Below, one piece after another: positions 1 to 7,762 of a stretch of 64,000 nucleotides of DNA. The translations under genes were made by a program, and so were the position numbers. The stretch spans positions 182,474-246,473 of the forward strand of contig JAFUXB010000002.1 in assembly GCA_017477255.1 (NCBI GenBank). The letters run 5' to 3'. Source of the stretch: Bacilli bacterium. Its GTDB lineage: Bacteria; Bacillota_I; Bacilli_A; RFN20; CAG-826. Within the stretch, counting starts at the first letter, position 1. Each line of letters starts with the position of its first letter. Below the pieces are notes generated by a model. That model saw only the letters and a program-made list of their open reading frames with translations. It ran no database searches and was not told the origin of the DNA.

Positions 1-420
1 CTTAATTGGATTTTCTCTTTTTTCATTAAAATCATTATTAATTACATTCCAATTTTTGCTTTCTTCATCACCAAAAATTGTACCTTTCCATCCTTTAACT
101 TCAATAACATATATTCCAGTTTTGTTTATATAAATTAAATCAATTTCAGTTAATCTATTTAAATTATCTTTAATAATTATATTTTGTAAGATATGGCCGC
201 CAATTTCTTCTTTTACCTCTTTTAAAATTTTATAAACTAAAAATTCATCATAATTATTATAAGAAGATATTTGTTTATTATTTATAGTATTATCACTTTT
301 TCTTGATGATTTTAATTTATTAAATTCTTTAGATAACAAAATAATTATAAAAACACCTATTACAATTAAAGCTATTGTAATACCTGCTCCTAATATAATT
401 GTTAATGTTTCTTGACTCAT
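1..420 (-). CDS. NERD-domain protein, 3' end beyond window start
   Basis: Manual translation of the minus strand from ATG at 418-420 gives MSQETLTIILGAGITIALIV (TM) ... EEIGGHILQNIIIKDNLNRLTEIDLIYINKTGIYVIEVKGWKGTIFGDEESKNW with no stop down to position 1. Motif matches NERD (His..EIDhlvI..GIyvIEVKnwsG). Not in the ORF track because it runs off the window. Confidence 0.65.
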   Translation of the reverse strand, partial: MSQETLTIILGAGITIALIVIGVFIIILLSKEFNKLKSSRKSDNTINNKQISSYNNYDEFLVYKILKEVKEEIGGHILQNIIIKDNLNRLTEIDLIYINKTGIYVIEVKGWKGTIFGDEESKNWNVINNDFNEKRENPIK

Positions 421-551
421 ATTTTTAAAAAATAAGGGGGGTTCTGCAAGGTTTTTAGAAAAATATCTAACTTTTACAAGGTTTATTATAACATAAATAA
501 AATAAAAAACTTAGCATTTGCTAAGTTTTTTAAAGAGCAATATTTATTAAT

Positions 552-944
552 TTATTCTTTATCTTGATTAACAGCAATTAAACCAAAAACTCCACCTAAG
601 AAATAGAAGATATCGCCAAATATACCAATAATTAACATAATGATATGTGGTGTAGCATCTTTACTTCCTTCGTTAAGTTTTTTATTTGCTCTAGTTGCTA
701 AAATATAAACAACAAGTTGAACAATTAAATAAACAATTGCTGTTACTAAAACAAATACACCAAATATTTCAACTTTCTTTTCATCATTAAATGCAGCAAT
801 GTTATCAGCTGCAGCTTGAGCAGCTATATCAGCTTTTAATACTAAAAAGATAACACCTAAAACAGCAAACAAAAATGAAAATACCATTGCTACGATGTTA
901 AATATTCTACCTACAATATATAAACCTTTAGAAGCACTTTTCAT
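552..944 (-). CDS. small polytopic membrane protein (4 predicted TM helices), unknown function
   Basis: 130-aa ORF. Strong RBS AAGGAGGAAG upstream of the ATG in the reverse complement of 945-965. Hydrophobic segments are consistent with TM helices. Confidence 0.75.
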   Translation of the reverse strand: MKSASKGLYIVGRIFNIVAMVFSFLFAVLGVIFLVLKADIAAQAAADNIAAFNDEKKVEIFGVFVLVTAIVYLIVQLVVYILATRANKKLNEGSKDATPHIIMLIIGIFGDIFYFLGGVFGLIAVNQDKE

Positions 945-1102
945 ATTCTTACTTCCTCCTTATTAATATTATATAGTTTTAAATTTTAAGGTAAATATAA
1001 AACTAATTTAATAATGATTTTAAATGAAATTTAGCAATTAATTTTAGATCAAAGCACATCTATCTTCTTTTTTAAAAATTAAAATAAACATTTATTTTCA
1101 TT

Positions 1103-1131
1103 AAAAAAAGACGACTAAATCGTCTTTTTTG
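1103..1131. terminator. bidirectional rho-independent terminator
   Basis: aaaaaaAGACGActaaaTCGTCTtttttt: perfect 6-bp stem flanked by an A-run and a T-run. Sits immediately 3' of the 1152..1829 minus-strand gene. Confidence 0.7.
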
Positions 1132-1151
1132 ATTATTATTAATTAGATTAA

Positions 1152-1829
1152 TTAAGCGCCTTGTTGGAATGAAGCATATGTAACTGTTAAATCATATTCT
1201 ATGACCGAATAAACTGCTTCTCCAACATAAATTTCATATTTAGATTTACTTGTTCCTTCAACAAGATAACCTTCTTCATTATAAATATGAGTAATATCTA
1301 AATGAGCTTTAATTGTTGAAGCTATTCTGCTTCTAACACCAGTTGGTTCTAATTCACCTTGATCATAATCTCCAAGCATTTTTAATTTAAATGGTTCTAA
1401 ATAATAAGTAAATTCAACAGTTTCAGGTGCTATTCTAAAAAAGCCATCATCTTTATTAACTTTTACATTGTTAGGTGTAACTCCTGATTGAGCTAAATTA
1501 TCGTATCCTTCTTCATCTGGGAACCAGGCTTTATCATCAACAAAATAATTAAATACTAATTGTTGATTTTCAAAATTTTGAGTGTTTGTAGTATCTTGTT
1601 GTGTCGCATCTATAACTGATCTATTCATAGTTGTTTTAACAGTACCATTAAAAGTGCCTACACAAGTATTATATTCAACTAACGAAATAGCATCGACTTT
1701 TTCAAAAAATTCGGCTGCTGTAACTGTTTTTTCTTCTTCTTTTTTGTCTTCTGGTTTTTCTTCTGCTTTTTTACAACCAACTAAAGCAAATAAAGAAACA
1801 AGAGCTAAACATAAAATATTCTTTTTCAT
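1152..1829 (-). CDS. lipoprotein, unknown function
   Basis: 225 aa. N-terminus MKKNILCLALVSLFALVGC has a lipobox (LVGC) followed by a Lys/Glu-rich linker. RBS TAGGAGAT upstream. Confidence 0.85.
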   Translation of the reverse strand: MKKNILCLALVSLFALVGCKKAEEKPEDKKEEEKTVTAAEFFEKVDAISLVEYNTCVGTFNGTVKTTMNRSVIDATQQDTTNTQNFENQQLVFNYFVDDKAWFPDEEGYDNLAQSGVTPNNVKVNKDDGFFRIAPETVEFTYYLEPFKLKMLGDYDQGELEPTGVRSRIASTIKAHLDITHIYNEEGYLVEGTSKSKYEIYVGEAVYSVIEYDLTVTYASFQQGA

Positions 1830-1932
1830 TTTTAATCTCCTAATGTTTAATTTATTTTATTTTAAAATAATTATAGCGATATAACAACCAAATTTAACAA
1901 ATTTTTAATAATGGAGTATAATAAACCCAGAG

Positions 1933-2499
1933 GTGAAAAATATGAAAATTAAAAAATTTGCTCCATTATTTTTATTACCAGTTTTACTTTGTTCATCATG
2001 TAATGAACATATTTTAGGAAGCTTTTTTAAACCAAATTATTTAAAAGATAAAAATTGTCAAAACTTACCTGTTGCTCCAGGTGAATTAATGCTTTATAAA
2101 AATATATTTGGTCACGAAGTATTTTCAAAAGGAACTGAAGAAGAATATAACACATATGTAAATAGTGTTTTTAACTATCTTAAAGAACAAAACTTTACAT
2201 ATTTTGGATCAGTTTCAAAAATAACTAACATTACTAAATATCATTATAAAGAAGCTACTAATTTAGAAGACTTTAAAAGAAATGAACAATATTATTTTGT
2301 TTATTCAGCTACAGACAAAATTGAAACAAATGATAATAATGAAAATATATTAAAAGACTATAGATGTATTACTCTTCAATATAGTCCATCAACTCATACT
2401 TATACTGAAAAAGATGAAGAAAAATCATTTGAATATAATTTCGTTATTAGATTCCATACTAGTATTTATGTAGTTATGGGTCAAAAAACTGAAGAATAA
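1933..2499 (+). CDS. lipoprotein, unknown function
   Basis: 188 aa. N-terminus MKNMKIKKFAPLFLLPVLLCSSC is lipobox-like. Followed by terminator hairpin CCCTGCttttGCAGGGttttt at 2524-2545. Confidence 0.8.
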   Translation: MKNMKIKKFAPLFLLPVLLCSSCNEHILGSFFKPNYLKDKNCQNLPVAPGELMLYKNIFGHEVFSKGTEEEYNTYVNSVFNYLKEQNFTYFGSVSKITNITKYHYKEATNLEDFKRNEQYYFVYSATDKIETNDNNENILKDYRCITLQYSPSTHTYTEKDEEKSFEYNFVIRFHTSIYVVMGQKTEE

Positions 2500-2520
2500 A
2501 AACTATAAAAATCTATTAAA

Positions 2521-2550
2521 ATACCCTGCTTTTGCAGGGTTTTTGTTTTA
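2521..2550 (+). terminator. rho-independent terminator
   Basis: CCCTGC tttt GCAGGG followed by TTTTTGTTTT. Lies 3' of the 1933..2499 plus-strand gene. Confidence 0.7.
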
Positions 2551-2578
2551 AATAATGGGTTTTTGCTAAAAACAAATA

Positions 2579-3340
2579 TTAATTTAAACCTAATTTAGTT
2601 AAGAATTCTTCTTCAGTAAAATCAGTACCAAAATCTTCACTAAACCACTGAATTATTTCTTTATAATTATGCTCACCTAAACCATCATTTAATAATGAAT
2701 AATATTCTTCTATAACACATTTATTATTTTTAAAAGGTATAAGTGAAATAGCATGCTCACTTGGATATGTAAAATTTAAATGATCATATTTATAGTCTCT
2801 GGTCCATTTTATTATTTCACTTATATTTTGATAGCTAAAAGTATAAATAGAATCAACATCTTCAAAAAAGGCATTAATTCTATTTTCTTGTTCTTTAATT
2901 TTATTTAATACTATTTCTCTTTTTTCTTTAGTTAAATCAACTAAAGAAAAACTTAATGGTCCATAGCCTTTATAAAGTTTAATTTGTGCTCTATTATATT
3001 CTTTTTTAATAAAATCACTATAATTATCACCAACTAAATCTTTTGTTTCTAAATCATATATTGTACCAGCATCACTAAAATTAAAAATGAGGAATGCATC
3101 AGTTTCTTTAAATAAATAATGACAATTACAATATTCATGTAATTTATATTCTAATAAAATATTTTTAATATTATTAAGTTTTATTAAGGTTTTATTGCGT
3201 TGATATTCACCTTTGTAATATATTCGTGGTCCTGCTTCTTCATATACATAACAAGTAGGATCTCTATCACAATTAAGCCCACAAGAAAAACATAACGAAG
3301 TTAAACAAAGAAAAGTAAATGTAATTAAAGATTTTTTCAT
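2579..3340 (-). CDS. lipoprotein, paralog A of a duplicated pair (Cys-motif EYCNCHYLF), unknown function
   Basis: 253 aa. N-terminus MKKSLITFTFLCLTSLCFSCG. The C-terminal 18 aa (DFGTDFTEEEFLTKLGLN) are identical to the 3671..4444 product. Flanking DNA is also duplicated. Confidence 0.85.
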   Translation of the reverse strand: MKKSLITFTFLCLTSLCFSCGLNCDRDPTCYVYEEAGPRIYYKGEYQRNKTLIKLNNIKNILLEYKLHEYCNCHYLFKETDAFLIFNFSDAGTIYDLETKDLVGDNYSDFIKKEYNRAQIKLYKGYGPLSFSLVDLTKEKREIVLNKIKEQENRINAFFEDVDSIYTFSYQNISEIIKWTRDYKYDHLNFTYPSEHAISLIPFKNNKCVIEEYYSLLNDGLGEHNYKEIIQWFSEDFGTDFTEEEFLTKLGLN

Positions 3341-3512
3341 AACTTCTCTTCTTTCATTATATAAGACAATTTAAAAATGGAAAAGTGCTCAAAAAAGTGA
3401 AAAGATTTAAAAACAAATTCTAAAAGTAAAATCAGTTTATGTTTTTAAACGGAATTTAGTCTAATAAAATCTGAGTTTGTTTATTGTCAGGAATTTATTT
3501 TGAGAATTTGCA

Positions 3513-3640
3513 AATAGGATTTAGAAGACTTTAAAAGAAATAAACAATAATGTTTTGTTTATTCAGATACAGACAAAATTGAAACAAATTATAATTATCA
3601 AAATCTATTAAAACACCTTGCTTTTGCAGGGTTTTTGTTT
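3513..3640 (+). pseudogene. decayed remnant of a second copy of the 1933..2499 lipoprotein gene plus its terminator
   Basis: 3521-3598 aligns to 2266-2333 (ttagaagactttaaaagaaat.aacaat..t.ttttgtttattcag.tacagacaaaattgaaacaaat). 3599-3665 then aligns to 2506-2575 including the CCTGCttttGCAGG hairpin. About 170 bp of coding sequence is missing between the two blocks. Confidence 0.6.
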
Positions 3641-4505
3641 TAAATAATGGGTTTTTACTTAAAACTAATATTAATTTAAACCTAATTTAGTTAAGAATTC
3701 TTCTTCAGTAAAATCAGTACCAAAGTCTTCATAAAAATAATTAAATGTATGACCATCATCATGATCATATATAGCATCTTTCAATAATGAATAATACTCA
3801 TCAATTACACATTTATTATTTCTAAAAGGAATTAATTGGGCAACATCAAATGTACTTACATGCAATATAAGATTATTATCATCGGGATTCTTATAATATT
3901 TTTTAGTGTTAATTAAATAATTGATATCAGAATGTTGTAATGAATAAACAAAATCTAAACTATTAAAAAATTCATTTATTTTACTCTCATGTTCTTTAAT
4001 TTCATTTAATACTCTTTCTTTTTCCTTTTTAGATAGGCCAACTAAAGAATAATTAAGAGTTTTACCGAACAGATAAGGGTCAGAATCTAATTTAATACCT
4101 TCAAATGATGAATTTAAATCATTATATGTATCGTCATTTATTAAACCTCTTGCTTCAATATCATATATTTTCTTTGTATTTTCAAAAACATAAAACAAGC
4201 TTACTGTTGTTGTTTTATATAATATCTCACAATTACAATATTCTTTATATTTATATTCTAAGCTTGCACTTTTAAAAGACGTTAATTTAAAAGCAGTTTT
4301 ACATTCTAGATATTCATTTTTGTCATAACGATCAGGATCGGCTATATCCACAAGAACACATGGTTGAAATCCACAAAGTTTTCCACATGAAAAAGATAAA
4401 GGCAATAAGTTAACAATTAATAATGGAATTAAGCTCTTTTTCATAATTTCTCTTCTTTCATTATATAAGACAATTTAAAAATGGAAAAGTGCTCAAAAAA
4501 ATGAA
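3598..4505. repeat. about 0.9-kb tandem segmental duplication (copy 2; copy 1 is 2506..3412)
   Basis: The 5' and 3' flanks are near-identical. 2521-2640 matches 3611-3730 and 3341-3412 matches 4445-4510. The coding regions are divergent paralogs. Confidence 0.7.
3671..4444 (-). CDS. lipoprotein, paralog B of duplicated pair (Cys-motif EYCNCEILY)
   Basis: 257 aa. N-terminus MKKSLIPLLIVNLLPLSFSCG. Shares its C-terminus and several internal blocks (LIPF(K/R)NNKCVI(E/D)EYYSLL) with 2579..3340. Confidence 0.85.
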   Translation of the reverse strand: MKKSLIPLLIVNLLPLSFSCGKLCGFQPCVLVDIADPDRYDKNEYLECKTAFKLTSFKSASLEYKYKEYCNCEILYKTTTVSLFYVFENTKKIYDIEARGLINDDTYNDLNSSFEGIKLDSDPYLFGKTLNYSLVGLSKKEKERVLNEIKEHESKINEFFNSLDFVYSLQHSDINYLINTKKYYKNPDDNNLILHVSTFDVAQLIPFRNNKCVIDEYYSLLKDAIYDHDDGHTFNYFYEDFGTDFTEEEFLTKLGLN

Positions 4506-4511
4506 AATAGA

Positions 4512-5168
4512 TTAATTATTGCGCTTTTTACGCAATGAATTAATCATTATGATATAAAAAGTTAATGAAAATACAAATAAAGCAATAAATACATATAAAT
4601 AGATCCAATTAATTTCTACATAAGGTGTTTTAAGGCCATAATAAATATATAAGTTACCATGCAGTTTATAAACATAAGTAATTTGATTTTTAGCATCAAC
4701 ACACTGAACATCACTATAACCAGTGCCATATAATTTTTCAGCTAGTTTACTGGCTAATTCATGCAATCTACTTGCTTCAAATATACCACCAAGACCTATA
4801 TCATTATGTGCTCCTTCATATGAATAAGCTTCATGCATAAATATTTGATTCTTTATTAAAGTAATTAAAAATAAAATTAAAAATATAAATGATCCAATCC
4901 AAAATAAAGATGCAATTATAGATAATATAATACTAGGAACATCATGTTTTACTTTTTCTTTAATTTTATTTTTAGGTGAAGAAACTAAATCTTCTAAAGA
5001 ACAATTCAAAATATCACATAGTTGTTCTAATGTTTCTAAATTAGGTTCACTTACACCACTTTCCCATTTAGAAATAGATTGTCTACTTATATTTAATCTA
5101 GTAGCAATATCATCTTGAGTTAAATTGTTTTTAATTCTTAAATCTTTCAAGTTTTCTTTAAAATTCAT
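4512..5168 (-). CDS. XRE-family HTH transcriptional regulator with a C-terminal transmembrane region
   Basis: N-terminus LKDLRIKNNLTQDDIATRLNISRQSISKWESG is a classic Cro/C1-type HTH. Two hydrophobic helices follow (SIILSIIASLFWIGSFIFLILFLITLI and LYVFIALFVFSLTFYIIMI). Confidence 0.8.
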   Translation of the reverse strand: MNFKENLKDLRIKNNLTQDDIATRLNISRQSISKWESGVSEPNLETLEQLCDILNCSLEDLVSSPKNKIKEKVKHDVPSIILSIIASLFWIGSFIFLILFLITLIKNQIFMHEAYSYEGAHNDIGLGGIFEASRLHELASKLAEKLYGTGYSDVQCVDAKNQITYVYKLHGNLYIYYGLKTPYVEINWIYLYVFIALFVFSLTFYIIMINSLRKKRNN

Positions 5169-5182
5169 ACTTATATTTTAAA

Positions 5183-5273
5183 AGTATACATAATAAAAAT
5201 CACGAACTTTAGTTGTTAACTAAAAGTTGCGTGATTGAAATTTTAAGAAAATAATGGGGATTTAGAAGGTTTT
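5183..5273 (-). repeat. 91-bp direct repeat copy A with embedded terminator hairpin (5199-5235)
   Basis: agtatacataataaaaATCACGAACTTTAGTTgttaacTAAAAGTTGCGTGATtgaaattttaagaaaataatgggga... Matches 7653-7744 with about 4 mismatches. On the minus strand the imperfect palindrome is followed by TTTTATTATG. Lies 3' of the RloB-like gene. Confidence 0.75.
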
Positions 5274-5299
5274 ATAATAAAAAACACTAACATAATCAT

Positions 5300-5920
5300 C
5301 TATTTAAATTTTTTTAGTATCTCGTTTATCCAACTACTGTCAGAGGACTCAAATTTATTCAAAAACATTAAAAAATTTGTGCTAGGTATATCTTTTATGT
5401 TACTAGAAATTTTCGATAAATTATTTTTAAATAAATCAAGAGAGTTATAATTTATTTTGTTTATTAACTGGTCGATTTGTTCATTTTTTGCAGAATAGTT
5501 TTTAATACCAGTTAATTGTTCTACTATTTTAGCGTTTGTTTTTTTGCCTACATTTTTCAATTTAACTTCACCAAAATGAGATAAAATAATTTGTAGTGTA
5601 ACCGGATTAGAATAGATAAACACTTCTAAAGAATCTTTTTTATTTTTAAAAAAATATTCACCAAATGAATTCAAAAAACTTAAAAATTGAGAACTATTAT
5701 TATCTCCATCACAAAAAACTAAAATCAAATCATAATATCCTTTTTGGAACTCATATTGATACCTAGCAAAAATTTTTCCATTTCCCTTTACATTTATAGC
5801 TTCAGCAAAATTATAGACTTCTTTATTTATGTTTGGAAAAGACAAAATTTTATCAATATAGGGTTTTTCTTCGTTTCCCTCAGCTAAAATTAGTATATTT
5901 CTCCTCCTTGTTTCACTCAT
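5300..5920 (-). CDS. RloB-like (Toprim-like, DUF4276/RloB family) protein, partner of the upstream AAA ATPase
   Basis: 206 aa. N-terminus RRRNILILAEGNEEKPYIDKI resembles the RloB consensus ILIVCEGEKTE. Overlaps the ATPase gene by 8 nt, indicating an operon. Confidence 0.55.
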   Translation of the reverse strand: MSETRRRNILILAEGNEEKPYIDKILSFPNINKEVYNFAEAINVKGNGKIFARYQYEFQKGYYDLILVFCDGDNNSSQFLSFLNSFGEYFFKNKKDSLEVFIYSNPVTLQIILSHFGEVKLKNVGKKTNAKIVEQLTGIKNYSAKNEQIDQLINKINYNSLDLFKNNLSKISSNIKDIPSTNFLMFLNKFESSDSSWINEILKKFK

Positions 5921-7163
5921 TATTTATTTCCTCAAGAGACGAAAATAAGTCAGGGGATGGAATTGCTCCAAATTGTCCCTTTAAATAATATTCAGAAATA
6001 TCTTCATCTCCTCTAATTCCGTTATTACTTCTTGAAGTAAAACTAGACATTCTTTTTACAATACTAGTGTTTTTATTTGTTAAATCAATTAAATAAATCT
6101 GATCTTTTCTAAATAATTGTTTAAAATTCAAGAGTAAGACATCATGCGTTGTAAAAACTAATTGCGCTTTTGTGTTTAATAAATTATTAAACATTGAAGC
6201 GATAGATCTAGTAATTATATGATGTAACGAACTTTCGATTTCATCTATAAATAATGTTTTTCCATTATAAAGAGCATCATAAATATACCCAGATAATGCA
6301 ATTAATTTCATAGTTCCTACCGATTCAAAGAAAATAGAAGGAACTCTATAACCATTATGTTTACTGGAAAATTTCAAAAATTCTTTAGAGAATGATGGTG
6401 AAGAAATAACTCTATTAATTTTATCAGATAAATCTTTGTCACTTACAATACTATCGTTAAAGCCAAATTCTTCTATATGTAAATCACAATTTTTTACGAA
6501 TGCTTGTATAAATTTTCTTGCTTTTTCATCATTTTGCATAAAGTTTATAGTTTTTGTAATATCAATTGGGTGATTCATCTCTATAAATAATAACGAATTT
6601 GCAAAATCTATATAGTCTTTTTTAATTTTTTTAATAAATTCATTATTTAAATCATTTAAAATTATTAAAACAGGGAACGATCTAGAAAAAGAATCGTAAT
6701 TTTTAATTTTAAATTCTTTATCATAAATAATATTGTTTTCTTTTCGTTTAAATATCGCTTTGTTTAAAGATTTATTATCTTCGTCTGTATTTAAAATTAA
6801 TTCTTCAGATTCATAAAGTTTTGTTTTATTATTATATGCAACTTTATAAGTGTAGAATCTTTTATTAATATAGTATTCAATTTCAAAAGTTGTTATTGGA
6901 TTATTTTCACTAAAAGCATAAGAAAAATCTTCGTGTGGTTCAGCGAGCATTAATGCTCTTAGCCCTTTAAAAGCTCTAAATAAACAAGTTTTACCAGTAT
7001 TGTTTGGTCCATATACTCCTATTACTTTTAAAATATTTTTTTTCTTAGTTTTAATATAATTAAAATTAAATCTTTTAATATTTCCATTAGCTTGGAAATC
7101 AATTTCAATCTTATTTAAAAACGTTTCAAAATTTTCTACTACTAATCTGCAAATCATAATCAA
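5913..7163 (-). CDS. AAA_21/OLD-type P-loop ATPase (abortive-infection/PARIS/OLD-like ATPase component)
   Basis: 416 aa. N-terminus RLVVENFETFLNKIEIDF plus Walker A VIGVYGPNNTGKTC. C-terminal Walker B and signature block TLFIDEIESSLHHIITRSIASMF, followed by FTTHDVLLL (the D-loop/H-loop of SMC/ABC-like AAA_21). Confidence 0.7.
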   Translation of the reverse strand: MIMICRLVVENFETFLNKIEIDFQANGNIKRFNFNYIKTKKKNILKVIGVYGPNNTGKTCLFRAFKGLRALMLAEPHEDFSYAFSENNPITTFEIEYYINKRFYTYKVAYNNKTKLYESEELILNTDEDNKSLNKAIFKRKENNIIYDKEFKIKNYDSFSRSFPVLIILNDLNNEFIKKIKKDYIDFANSLLFIEMNHPIDITKTINFMQNDEKARKFIQAFVKNCDLHIEEFGFNDSIVSDKDLSDKINRVISSPSFSKEFLKFSSKHNGYRVPSIFFESVGTMKLIALSGYIYDALYNGKTLFIDEIESSLHHIITRSIASMFNNLLNTKAQLVFTTHDVLLLNFKQLFRKDQIYLIDLTNKNTSIVKRMSSFTSRSNNGIRGDEDISEYYLKGQFGAIPSPDLFSSLEEINNE

Positions 7164-7652
7164 AACTCCATAAAATATATTAAAATTATATCATATTTTA
7201 AAAACTGTGCAAATTATTTACACAGATTAACAAAATATAAGAAATTTATATTCAATAAAAAGTTTGCAAAAATTTTGTAATCTGAAAGCAATAATTGATT
7301 TGTAATGAGAATTTTCAAAATTTATAAAAGTAAATAAAAATAGAAATATCTAATTAAAATCATTCAAACAAATATAGGTTCAGGCAAATTAAATAGGGAG
7401 TCTTTTAAATGGACTCCCTGTTTTATTTAACAGTTCTTTTAGTTTAGATCAACTTTTAAAGTAATGAATTCACTCTAACTATAATTACATTTATTTTTAA
7501 AGAATAATTAGGTTTAATCGATAATTTAATTAAACTTGATTAAAAATAAAAACAGACATTTTTGTGTCTGCTTTTAAGTCCCGTTTAATTTAACAGTTTT
7601 GGTGGGTTGTTTGATTTATACCCCGCTATTCCCCGTTTAATTTAACAGATCC

Positions 7653-7744
7653 AGTATACATAATAAAAATCACGAACTTTAGTTGTTAACTAAAAGTTGC
7701 GTGATTAAAATTTTAAGAAAATAATGGGGTTTTGAGGGGTTTTT
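7653..7744 (-). repeat. 91-bp direct repeat copy B with embedded terminator hairpin (7669-7705)
   Basis: Near-identical to 5183-5273. Lies immediately 3' of the giant protein gene, whose stop is at 7763. Confidence 0.75.
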
Positions 7745-7762
7745 AGCTTCAAATTCATTATT

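Noticed and set aside
4512-5168. XRE regulator as a SinR-like master regulator of the TasA-like genes
   Set aside because: The idea is appealing because SinR is an XRE-family regulator of tapA-sipW-tasA. But this protein has transmembrane helices, is 33 kb away from sipW, and XRE HTHs are ubiquitous. I left it as a candidate to test on the TTCAGTATACTGAA operators only.
7579-7648. CRISPR array suggested by the repeated (T)CCCGTTTAATTTAACAG
   Set aside because: There are only two full copies plus one degenerate copy, with irregular spacing of 34 nt and 150 nt. The repeat is 17-18 nt and not palindromic like CRISPR repeats, and no cas genes are present.
7164-7762. Immunity gene downstream of giant protein 1 (expected if it were a polymorphic toxin)
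   Set aside because: No ORF of plausible size or with an RBS lies in the 600-bp gap, which is filled with hairpins and repeats. This is why the giants are described as Hint-containing surface proteins rather than confirmed toxins.
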